DNA from: Azolla caroliniana
Lineage: Eukaryota > Plantae > Polypodiophyta
Assembly (NCBI GenBank): GCA_043228905.1
Contig: JBHGNT010000016.1
Coordinates: 15,686,001-15,750,000, forward strand
Direction of reading: 5' to 3'
Length of the DNA stretch: 64,000 nucleotides
The notes under the pieces were generated by a model. The model was not told where the DNA came from. It saw nothing but the letters and a program-made list of their open reading frames with translations, and searched no databases. Below, piece by piece: positions 1 through 11,474 of the stretch (position 1 is its first letter; every line of letters starts with the position of its first letter). Made by a program: the position numbers and the translations under genes.

Positions 1-22
1 TTACTATCCCCAAGCTAATGGA

Positions 23-619
23 TTGGCAGAATCGACAAATAAAACAATTCAAACAATTTTAAAGAAGATAGTGAATGAAAATCGTACTGATTGGGATCAA
101 AAGTTAAATAGTGCATTATGGGCATATCGTACTTCGTACAAAACATCCATTAAATCAACACCTTTCCGAATGGCATTCGGACTCGAAGCCGTTATGCCGA
201 TCGAATTTCAAATTCCGACACTTCGTATCCAAGCAAGGAATAAGTTAAATGAAATAGAATCGGAGCAGATACGCAAAGAGGCTTTATTAGTATTAGAAGA
301 AGAACGGATTCAATCAATGTCAGCACTAGAACACAAGCAGAGACAAATCAAGGCATTCGTAAATCGACATCGAAGGAAATCGGAAGAGCAATTCGAAATT
401 GGGAAACCGGTATTGGTATTCCAGACGAGAATGGGACTTATGCCTGGGAAACTCCGGTATAGATGGACAGGTCCAGTATGGATAATTAATAGTAAAAATG
501 GTACGTACCAGCTGGGATCATTAATCGGAGAGGTTTTACCGAAATGGGTAAATGGATTTCGGCTTAAACCGTATTTGGGAGATATGCCGGTAAATCCGTT
601 TATTCAAACGGAAGAGTAA
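23..619 (+). CDS. Ty3/Gypsy integrase C-terminal part (pol runs in from left of window)
   Basis: AESTNK..WD..L..ALWAYRT..K..TPF..AFG.EAVMP and RWTGP..VNGFRLKPY motifs typical of non-chromoviral Gypsy integrase. Confidence 0.9.
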   Translation: MAESTNKTIQTILKKIVNENRTDWDQKLNSALWAYRTSYKTSIKSTPFRMAFGLEAVMPIEFQIPTLRIQARNKLNEIESEQIRKEALLVLEEERIQSMSALEHKQRQIKAFVNRHRRKSEEQFEIGKPVLVFQTRMGLMPGKLRYRWTGPVWIINSKNGTYQLGSLIGEVLPKWVNGFRLKPYLGDMPVNPFIQTEE

Positions 620-870
620 AAATAAAAAAATTAAAATTAAAATTAAAAAAAGAATATATAAAAAAAAATAAAAAAAAATAAAAAAAAAACTAACTAACTC
701 ACTCAATAGTTCTTGTCAAATGCAGAAATACAATCTTGCCATAACAGTATGAATCGACTATAAATAGAAAGAGGAATTGCATGATTATTAGTAAGGAGTA
801 CAACCACTACACGTAGAGTGAATACTAATTAATTCCTACATTAATAGCAATTACTATTCTTTAAGTCATC

Positions 871-3531
871 ATGCATAAGTTAATATCTTTAAAGCATATT
901 TCTGTATTGTCTGTGTCACCAAAACAACAGAAACGAGTACAGATATCGAAACAGTCTGAGCCTCCTTCGTGCCCTAGTTCACCCAAACTCTGTTTTTTTG
1001 ATTTTCATCACTACAGAAACTGTGCAGATCTGCAACTGTCATCGACAAGTGATTCAGAACAAAGAAACACAGAAGTCATGCCGATTCCTGTATCTGAAGA
1101 ACTGCGATTGTGGCTTCATGAGAGAAACTTACAAGGTTTCATCAAAGTAGCAGAAGCGGAACCTCATCCGCAGGCGGAAGAATTGGTACAACAAATAGAC
1201 ATCACCAAAATCACCACAAAGAAAATACGAAATGCATTACAGATGCCAAGAGGAGGCTTTGAGGCAGTTAAAAAACCTTCATCAGAAGCACTCCAATCGT
1301 ATTTCGGGGAATACTCACCCTCGGCAAAAGCATATCAGACTTATAGAGGTCGGGATGAGTTTTTTCATGAAGTGGCTAGATTTTTATTAGAGGTGGGATT
1401 TGTCAGTCCTCGTTTTTATTGTATGCCGAAAAAAAGGGCTGGGTTTATCATAGCCGCATATGAAAAAGAGGATTTCAACTGGCCACTATTGTCGGGGGAA
1501 GCTCTGAGAGAGCAGCTACAAGGGGTAAAAACAGGAAAACCGATGAAGCAAATTTTTGGTCGTTGGTTATCGGTATTGTTTCCGATTCAAGAATCGGAAA
1601 CTCTTGTTCAGTCAAGAAGACCACCGATAGTACAAGCACCACGAAGACACCGACAGGTAGTACATGAAGAATGGATAGAAGAAGAATCGGCACATGCCGA
1701 TAATATACAAACGAATATGCCTCAGTCGGAACCACCAAGACCAGAGAATTCCGAAAACAGGCAACCAGCAGCCGAACAAGAAACAATTGACAATTTGATA
1801 AACAAGCAACAGCCGACAGAAAATCGACAACAAGCAGAGAAGATGCAACAAAGGACAAGGGTTAAACAAAAGGCTAATCGGCAATTCCAACCAGAAAACA
1901 GTGACGGATCAGCACCGAAAAGGCAACGCACAAATGAAAATTCGAATACGCCTGTGGTAACAGAAGTACTAAAACCAGGGAATGAGAGCGTTTCGACACA
2001 ACCTCACCAAGGACAATCTTCAAAAGTAGCAATTCGGGAAGCACATGGGTACTTGGATATCCCACCAGCAGCACATGAATTAGTTGCCATTTTACAGTTC
2101 GGAACTTCATACGAACTGGTTGAATGGTTGGCTAAAAGACTGACAGAAGTATCAGAACGGCTGGCTCAAGAACATAATGACCGAATAATGATACAGAAAG
2201 CCTTACGAGGAGTGTTGGAACCTCAAGAAAAAGCAGAGATAGAGAAAATAGGCCGGAAAAGAAGTGCACAGAATAGAGGGGAGGCTATTGAAATGCCACC
2301 ATTACATGAAGCACTGGTCGAAATTCATAAAGAATATGAAACGGCACGCAAAGCAGCCAGTGATATGGCTGAAAGATACAAAAGTGTATCAGCATCGGCG
2401 GAGGTGCTGAAACATCAGTTTTGTAACATACAAGCAGAAAATAAAGAACTAAAGGAAAGTCTAAATAAATGGGAAACACAGGCACGGCTTATGGTGTCGG
2501 AGTCAGAATGGCAGCAGAAATTGGAGGATGCTGAGAAAGCACGTCAAGCAGAAACAACAAGGGCCAACAATGCTGTATGTCGAACTACAGAATTAGAAAA
2601 ACAAATAGAAACCATTCAGAATGGTCAATACAAAGTTCTCGAAGAAAAAAATCAAGTAATAAACGAATTATAGAAAAATCTAGAAGAAGCTAAGACGGCC
2701 AATCATACATATACCGAACAAATTGAAGAATTCGAAAGGTATATAGTGTCACAGGAAAGTCAATTGACAGAAAAAGAGCGGAGTCTTGAAGAAGTCAACA
2801 GAAGAATGACGGAACAGCAGGAGGAATGGAGTAAAGAGAAATCGGCATTCGAACAACAACTGGACGAAATTCGGAAGATATCGGAACAAAGACGGCTGGA
2901 TATATATGTAGTCGAATCCAAACTAATGCGAGCTGAAAGTGAGAACCGAACCACTATTACGGATTTACAGAAAGAGTTGCAGACCGCCCAATACGTCGCA
3001 AGCATCACTAGGGACAAAGTGCAGCACATCATAGGGAAACATCGAAACCTAGCAAAGAAAATGATCGATGAATCCCTTGCGCAAGGATGGAAGTTATGGA
3101 CAGCACAAGCGGCGGAATTACAGTTATTGCGTGCCGACAAAAATAACTGTCAGGTCCAAGGTGCAGGTTTTTTTAAAATGGCACAAAAGGATATTGACAA
3201 TATCCAAGAGGATATCATGAAAGATATGGACGAAATTGCGGCATTTTACAGAGAAGAAATTCAACGTATTATGCAAGAATTCGACAAAAATGATATAGGC
3301 ACTTCCGTCCAGTTGGATAAAATCGAAGCCGAAAGAACCAGTAAGACTCCTGGTCTTCAAGCTTCCGGAAAAAGTGAACCAGAGCAGTCAACCGAATCAA
3401 AACCTGCTCCGAAGGACGACTGTGACACAGATGAAGATGAAGAGGAAGATATAGGTGGAATACATCCAAGGCTAGATGAGCCTTCGATTTTTGATATTCT
3501 GAACGATTCGGATGAAGAGCTACAGGAATAG
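871..3531 (+). pseudogene. Additional sense ORF of Gypsy element downstream of pol (coiled-coil protein), one in-frame stop
   Basis: ORFs 871-2673 and 2746-3531 are in the same frame, separated by TAG at 2671-2673; E/Q/K-rich heptad region and acidic tail; lies between integrase and LTR; likely start ATG 1078. Confidence 0.7.
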
Positions 3532-3575
3532 GCGTGGGTTCGCTGGACAAGGTCCTGGCCCACAGACGTGCCAAG

Positions 3576-4032
3576 TGTTACCCGGACCCGGACAGTCAGT
3601 TTTACCGAACAAGTGGGAAAGCGTCGAAAACAGAGTCGGTTCGGATCGACTGTTCGGATCAATGACTCAGCAGTAAACGAAGAGAACTAAGTGAGTTATA
3701 TAATTTTGTAAATCTTGATAGTAAGTAGGAATAGTTCTTGATGAGAAAAGACCTTCGGTATACCTATAAAAGGGAACCGAAGGCATTATAAGAAAGGTCG
3801 TTCTATTTAGTAATATAAGTTTAAGTTAGGAATATCTTGTACGAATTCTGTGTTCCTTCTATTGTCTATGATCTTAAGTGCAAGCTTCCTAATTTATAAC
3901 TAAGTAACGATCACGGTAATTACCGATTAATATAGTATAATTCCGTTCGTAAAACACAATTCCTTGTTAGAACGTTGAGTAGCGACGTTCACTCTTCTGT
4001 ATCGGTAGTAGTTAGTAATTAGCCGATTAACA
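3576..4032 (+). mobile_element. 3' LTR of the Gypsy element entering from the left
   Basis: TGTTA...TAACA termini, TATAAAAG near 3765; immediately followed by an unrelated integrase (LEPLPIP...). Confidence 0.65.
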
Positions 4033-5021
4033 ATTAGAACCATTACCAATTCCAAGCAAGGCATGGCAATCCATTGCTCTAGATTTCATCACAGATCTTC
4101 CGGTCTCTAAGGGATTCGATGCGATCTTAACAATAGTAGATCGATATACGAAGATGGCCCATTTCCTGCCATCTACTAAGGAAATCTCCAGTGAAGAAAC
4201 CACTGAAATGGTCATGCGTGAGGTATGTCGTCATCATGGCCTTCTCGATAGTATCATCAGAGAATGTGGACCCCCGTTCGTCTCGAAGTTCTGGAAGCAG
4301 CTCTTTAAAATTCTTAAGGTCACTTGTAACCTCTCCTCCAGCTACCACCCGCAAACAGACGACCAAGCAGAAAGAACAAATCAAATGTTGGAGCAGTATC
4401 TTCGGTGTTTTCTAAGCTATCATCAAGATGACTGGGCGGATATTCTCCACTTCGCGGAATTTGCGTATAATAACTCTGTCCACTCATCGACAAAGGTTAC
4501 ACTATTTTATGCTTATACGGGTTGTCACCCCTGAAACTCTACAGTTACCCACAAATCTTTGCGCAGAGGATCAATTGGAGCGGTTACGCAAGATACAAAT
4601 GAATTTATCTATTCATCTAAAGCATGCTCAACAAACACAGAGGGTTTATGTAGATCGTCATCGGCTTCCATCCAGTTTTAACATTGGCGATCGGGTATGG
4701 CTACTACGACGACACCTCAAGACTACTCACCCATGCGAGAAGTTGGATTATCGGCGATTAGGTCCTTTCCGTATTATCTGGAAAATTAATGATATCGCTT
4801 TTCGTCTCGATCTACCTCCGCAACTTCAGATACATCTGGTGCTTCATAGTTCTCTCCTCGAACCCTATCAAGACAACACCATCCCAGGTTGTATTAAACA
4901 ACCTCCACCCCAGATCGAACTTGAAGATGGACCTGAGTACGAGGTTGCCGTCATCCTCGATTCCAAGATTGTTTGCAACAAGCTCTACTATTTAGTCGAT
5001 TGGCTAGGATATAGTCCCAAC
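4033..5021 (+). pseudogene. Chromovirus A integrase-chromodomain (first part; resumes at 29867)
   Basis: DFITDLP, YHPQTD.Q.ER.NQ.LEQYLR, LGPF, EYEV..ILDSK..LYYLVDWLGY motifs; frameshifts/deletion; cut inside the chromodomain by LTR insertion. Confidence 0.85.
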
Positions 5022-5454
5022 TGTCAGGAGTAGTACTAAAGCAGAGATGGAATTAGTACTAAAGAAGAACAGTACTATTAGTACTAAGAGGACGGGACTG
5101 CGTAAGATTCCCGAGAGAGGAAGTGAGAAGAGAAGAGAGAAGGATGATGACATCAGCTCTTATATTATGTGAGAAGATAAGTACAAATTGGCTAAGAGGC
5201 TTAAGACTGGCGTTGAACCAATTTGGTTCAAAACAATGCCTTGTGCCTCCTTTTATAGTGTTTTTAGGAATAATCCTGAAGCCTCTAGAATGTTCCAGAG
5301 AGATCTGGAATATACATCAATTTTCTATGATAAAGCATAAGTGAAAATAATATCTTATAAATTACAATTCATAGTCTAATGGTAAGAGCTCGACCCATGT
5401 AGCATAAGCTCATGGGTTCGAGTCTTGCCATATCATGACACTATCTCCCCCTTA

Positions 5455-8400
5455 AAGACGACGAGTGGAACGAGTCGGCGCTAATTGCGGACCGGGTTTG
5501 TCCGGATACTTTTGGTAGAAATCAGCAAGAAGATCCTATGCATTGGTAACATGCTCGACGGGTTCCCAAGTACGTTCGCTCGAACTATAACCGAGCCAAT
5601 CGACCAAGTAATAAAGTTTGTTGCGAACAAGTTTGGAATCGAGGATGGCAGCAACTTCATACTTCGGGCCGGCGTCCAACTCCAACGGGGGCGGCGGTGG
5701 TGTCACATGATCGGGAATGGTGTTTGCTTTATAAGGTTCAAGAAGAGAACAATGGAAAACCGGATGTATCTGAAGTTGCGAAGGGAGATCAAGGCGGAAT
5801 GTGACATCATTAATCTTACCCGTAATACGGAAGGGACCGAGTCGTCGATAATCCAACTTATCGCACGGTCGAGTAGTCTTGATGTGACGACGTAAGAGCC
5901 ATACTCGATCTCCGATGGCAAAAGAGGAGGGAATCCGATGACGATCCGCATAAGTCTTCTGTGTGTGTTGAGCATGACGAAGGTGAGTAGAGAGATCCAT
6001 CTGGATCTTGCGTAGCCTCTCCAAATGATCCTCGGCACGAGGGTTGGTAGGTAGCTTCGGGGTGTCGATCACTGACCAACGAGGATCGAAACCGGTACAA
6101 GCGAAAAATGGGGAGACCCAAGTCGAGGAGTGAATAGCATTATTATACGCAAACTCCACAAAGTGGAAAATCTCGGCCCAATCGTCCTGTTGATAACTCA
6201 GGAAACACCAGGGATATTGCTCCAGCGTTTGGTTGGTTCGTTCCGCCTGCCCGTCGGTCTGAGGATGGTAGCCGGAGGAGAGATTGCAGGAGACCTTGAG
6301 CATCTTGAAGAGATGCTGCCAAAATTTGGAGACAAATTGCGGTCCAAGGTCACTGATGATATTGTCTGGGAGGCCATGATGCCGAAATACCTCACGCATA
6401 ACAAGGGCGGCGGTTTCCTCGCTAGTGATGGCTTTAGTACACGGCACAAAATGTGCCATCTTCGTATATTGATCGACGACGGTTAGGATAGCATCGAACC
6501 ACTTCGAGACCGGCAGATCTGTGATAAAATCAAGACAAATAGACTGCCACGGCTTACTTGGAATCGGTAAGGGTTCCAACAAGCCAACATCTTTGCTTGG
6601 CAGCAAGCATCACAGGTCCGAACGTAGTCGTCGACAAAATGGCACATGTGGGGCCACCAAAAAGATCGTTGCACTAGCTCCAACATCTTAGTACTACCGA
6701 AATGTCCCGCCGTATGGGTGTCGTGACAATGCTAGACAATTTGAAGGCGACAGGAGCAATCGGGGACATATACACCCTTTTTAAAGAATAACAAACCATC
6801 ATGATATTCGAATTGTCGATAGTCAATACCTGGTTGTTGAGACCGAGAACAGGATGCTCGAGAAGTATCAATGTGCGCCAGGATGTCTTGAGCAAAACTA
6901 TCCGTCTTCAAGGTTGCATGTATGTCATCGGTAATCCGTGAATCCATCGGGGTGTGAAAAATCCGCGTTGTCGTAGTGTATTTCGTACACTACGTGAAAA
7001 AGTAAAAATAATATAACCGATTTAATTACATATAAATAAATAAAATAATATATCAAGATATTTATTACATGCATAGGGCAAGATTCGAACCTTGTACCTC
7101 CACATAGCCAAACCTCAACTTTACCATTATGCTACCTTATCTTTAGTGTTCTATAAATAGATTTAATAACTATAAGTGCTTTATTTGCACCTACCTTTAT
7201 TAAAAGGTAAATCGTGCATTTTTAGAGTGCGTGAATATTTTATAGAAAAACGCAAGCAACTAAAAAGTGACTCATGCACATCTAGCGTGCATGAGCACTA
7301 TATTTAGCAAATAAAAGCAAGGATTAGAAAAGCATCACATGCACATTTAGTGTGCATGAACATATGAGAAAAAGCATGTAGCTATGCTTAGTCTCTCCCA
7401 TTACTACATAAGGATGGGGAGCACAATGTAATAGGTGTGTGAAATATTTGGAAATTGGATATATTTCCGAAAACACCAACCGATTAATATAATCGTGGGA
7501 TTCACGAAAATAATATAATCTATACTTGTGGGATTCACAAGTTTCTTATATCTTTCTTTCAATCTAAATACATATTCTTATCTAAATATTGATTAATCGA
7601 ATACAATACACTCGTGGGATTCACGAAATTTCTATCTCTCTTTCTAATAATCTATTCATTACTAGCCTCATCTCATATTCTTCTTTCTCCTAGTCCAAAA
7701 CCTCGGCGGTTCCCACCCGACTCACGCAACGATCCGGAGCCGAAAGGCACGACAGCGTCCTGTGCAATCGTGTTGGTCCCAAGATTACTTGCTTTTGATT
7801 ATCAAATGTTGCATCACCAGGACGAGGTGCAAGATATGAACGCCGTGATAGTGCATCTGCTTTTCCTTGCTGCTTCCCCGGTCGATATGTGATTTTGAAG
7901 TCGAAACGCGTGAGGAATTGCGCCCACCGAGCTTGCCGTCGATTTAGTACACGAGCGTTCTGAAAATAAGCAAGATTTTTATGATCGCTAAAGACAATGA
8001 CCTGATGTGGAGAGCCCTCTAAAAAATGCTGCCATTGTACAAATGAATCCACGATGGCTAATAACTCCTTGTCATGTATTTCGTAGTTGATTTCTGCGAC
8101 ATCGAATTTGCGCGAATGGAAAGCCACCAGATGCAACTCTTCTTTATCTCCTGGTTGAGAAAGGATGCTACCGAGGGCGAAATCTGATGCGTCGGCCTCC
8201 ATGATGAATAGTTTGCTTGTATCCACATGAGCTAGAATCAGTGCTGATGTAAAGGCTTTCTTAAGATGCCAAAAAGCCATATCTGCTTCTATGGACATAA
8301 GAATTTCTTGGCCCTTCTTCGTAAGTTGTGTGAGAGGTAAAATAATCTTCGAGTAATCCTTTATAAACTTACGGTAGAAGTTAGCAAAACCTAGAAAACA

Positions 8401-9795
8401 TTGTACATCTCGTACCGACCGTGGAATTTGCCACTCTAGTACAGTTTGGATTTTAGCTGGATCCATGGCGATGCCCTTTGAGGAGATGACGTAGCCTAGA
8501 AATTCCACTTGCTTGCAGTCAAAGCTACATTTTTCTAGCTTGGCATAAAGACCATTCTCGCGGAGTCGCTTTAGTACTAATAGTACATGAGAATCGTGCT
8601 CTTCCTGGGTCTTCGAATAAATCAATAGATCATCCAGATAAATGATCAAATAGATATCCAAGAGGTCTCTGAATATATCATTTGCCATGTGTTGGAAGAC
8701 TGCGGGTGCATTGGTTAGGCCGAACGGCATAACAGTATACTCGAAATGCCCATACCGCGTGCGAAAGGCGGTCTTCCATTCATCTCCCTGTCGGATCCGC
8801 ACTAGGTTATACGCTCCTCGTAGGTCGATTTTAGTAAAAAACTTGGCACCATTAACTCGCTCTAAAAGACTTGATATAAGAGGAAATCCATACCTATTCC
8901 GGATGGTGACTTTATTCAATCCGCGGTTATCAACGACAAGACGAAGTGAGCCATCTTTCTTCTTGACAAAGAAGATGGGTGCACCGGCCGGAGATTTCGA
9001 ATGACGGATGAACCCGCTTGCCAAGTTCTCCTCTATGTAGGCTCGAAGGACTTCTAACTCGGTGGGTGCCAAGTTGTAAATTGGTCCCCATGGTGGTTCG
9101 GTTCCTGGTTGTAAATCGATGGGACAATCATAGGCACGGTGATGAGGAAGGGTACCGGCTTTTACCTTGTCAAATACATCGGCATAAGGATGATGTTTTG
9201 CTGGAAGTTGTACTGAGGAGTCCTTAATAGTGTTGGAAGGATGTACTGATATTGCAAATAGGAACATTGCCTCCTTGGGTCCTTCTTCGCGTAGTTGATG
9301 GAGTGAAATGGTCGAAACTCGGTGAGTTGATTCTTGGGGTGGTCGATATCGGACTTCTCTTGTTCTCCAATCTATGGCTGGATTATGTAATTGAAACCAA
9401 GGAAATCCTAGGACAATGGGATGCTCTGGACTACTAATTATATTAAATGATATTACACACACAAAACTACCTAGGACAACTTGAATGGGTTCTGATTCTT
9501 CTACAATATTCCCGGAAGCAATGGGACGACCATCAATGACTACTACAACTGCGGGACAAGGAAGTTTTCTTAAGGATATCTGAGAAGCTTGGGCAAAATT
9601 TTGATCCATGAAACAGGAATTAGCTCCGGAATTTGAAAGTGCTAGGACGGGTACTGGGGGAGTACTTTTAGTACTAACAATGACTTGGGCTAGGAACACA
9701 TTGCTAACTTGCTTGGAAGGAATGGAACCACTAATGGGCTGTACAGATCTAGGGTTGCTGTCCAACCAAATGGCTCCTATTTTGGCTGGACTCAA
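5455..9795 (-). pseudogene. Chromovirus B pol (PR, RT, RNase H, integrase, chromodomain), disrupted
   Basis: KIDLRGAYNLVRI, YLDDLLIYS, EADASDFALG, YHPQTDGQAER, YLVDWLGYS..ERTWEP; interrupted by solo LTR 6969-7754 and by stops/frameshifts. Confidence 0.9.
6969..7754. mobile_element. Solo LTR inserted in chromovirus B pol
   Basis: TGTCGT...ACGACA termini; 4-bp TSD GCGT (6965-6968, 7755-7758); removal restores the RLHTTRIFHTPMD segment seen uninterrupted in the copy at about 43225-43260. Confidence 0.85.
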
Positions 9796-10949
9796 TCGTT
9801 TAACTCTTTATCTAATTGACTAAGGATTTCAAATTTATTTGAGATACTTGGGCTATTAGTACTATGAATACTATCAAACACTCTATTAGTACTATTAATA
9901 TTATCAGACACTCCTAAGGGAAGAATTGACTCGGGTTTACTACAGGCTACAATTTGATTTACCTGTCTTCTTGGCTTATGGGGACAATTGATTGCGATAT
10001 CCCCTGGTCCACCGCAATAAAGACATAATCGATTTGCACGTCGTCGTTGCTTTTCTTCTTCCGATAACGGGCTGCGTCGACGCATGGTATCGATCTCCAT
10101 CAGTGTCGAAGTATTTTCTTGAGGTATGTCTCGTGCAAACGGTTTAGACGCGACTGCGACGTAAGTGGGCTCCGGCCTAGCACGTGGTATCTGTAATTGA
10201 TGTTCCAAACGTCGTTCGAAAAGGCGGTTTTCACATCAGACCGCTCGACTGATTGCCTCCGTAAGAGACTTTGGTTCTTCGGGGAAAGTTTGAAGTAGAT
10301 CTTTGACATCGTTTCGCAGGCCATAGCGAAACTGCTCCATTAGTGCTTGATCATCCCAGGGTATGTCTGAAGCGAGTAGGCGAAAATCAGCCGTGTAGGC
10401 AGAGGCCGGACGATCGCCTTGACGCAATCGCCGGATCTTGTTGATCGTCGTCTTGATGTTGTCGGTGTCTCCAAAGCAGGCTTTGAACTCACTAATAAAA
10501 TCTTCAAAGTTATTAAGCAAGGGTGATTGCTTTTCTAGGAGCGGAGTGAACCATGCTAAGGCTGAGCCGCTAAGCAATGTGCCTATTAAGCCGACTCGGG
10601 ATGCATCAGTGGGGTATCGAGAAGGATGCATTTGGAGGACTAATCGTACCTGATTAGGGAATCCCCTGAATTGCGATCGCGTTCCATCAAATTTCACAGG
10701 AAGTCCAATCTTCGGCTCTTTATGAAATCCTTGGGGACTTGATCCTTGTTGTTGCAATGCCGCTTAGAGTTGTTACACCCGTAACGCTAACTCCCCATGT
10801 TGTTGCTGCGTTTGTTGCTTTTCTAGAGAGATTTGTTGCAGATCCCCTAATAGTCGTTGGTTTTCTTGTTCCAAGGCAACAAATTTTTCTTTTAAGCACT
10901 ATAGCTCGGAGAAAACGGATTGATATTCTTGGGCGCTAACAGTAGCCAT
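9792..10949 (-). pseudogene. Chromovirus B gag with CCHC-type knuckle, disrupted
   Basis: Retrotrans_gag-like P.KFDG.R..F, LRQG..A..Y..DF, F.YGL; CLYCGGPG knuckle; frameshift and stop relative to the copy at 40044-41201. Confidence 0.85.
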
Positions 10950-11474
10950 AGTATAGGGAAAAGGGTAGGAGGAAAAATTGGTTCAAACTGTCAGGAGTAG
11001 TACTAAAGCAGCGATGGAGTTAGTACTAAAGAAGAGTAGTACTATTAGTACTTAGAGGACGGTGTCGCGTGTTACGCGCGTGCGTGGAGAACAAGGCGGG
11101 ACCACTGGGGTCTTGGACCGAGGAATAAGTATTTGACAAAGAAGCGCACGGGGACGCGGCACAACAACACAGGAGACACGAGTTGAGAACACTAGAGTAT
11201 GTATGTAAATATAGGCATGTATTTGTATGTATGCAGACAACTCGAACGGTTACAGCCGATCAGGTCGACGAGATGGATGTCGACGCCTGATCACCCACGG
11301 ACACAGGAGAGCAAGATGGAGATTCTGCCAGAAGCACACGGGCGTTCCACGGGGCAGAATTAGCCTCCTGAAAACCTGCGCAAAAGAAAGCTATGGAGAA
11401 CGACAGAGAAGAAGAGCTCAGTCCCAGTCCGACAGCACTTCGTTCCTTCTAGCGCGCGATCCCCTTCTCTCCTT

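Noticed and set aside
618-690. Poly(A) tail of a retroposed element
   Set aside because: A-rich spacer internal to the Gypsy element directly after the integrase stop; no TSD or SINE body
7075-7140. tRNA gene
   Set aside because: A and B boxes are present but there are no convincing acceptor/anticodon stems; it lies within an LTR and is reported as a finding instead
7690-7760. Novel C-terminal extension of the 701-aa pol ORF
   Set aside because: Read-through into the inserted solo LTR
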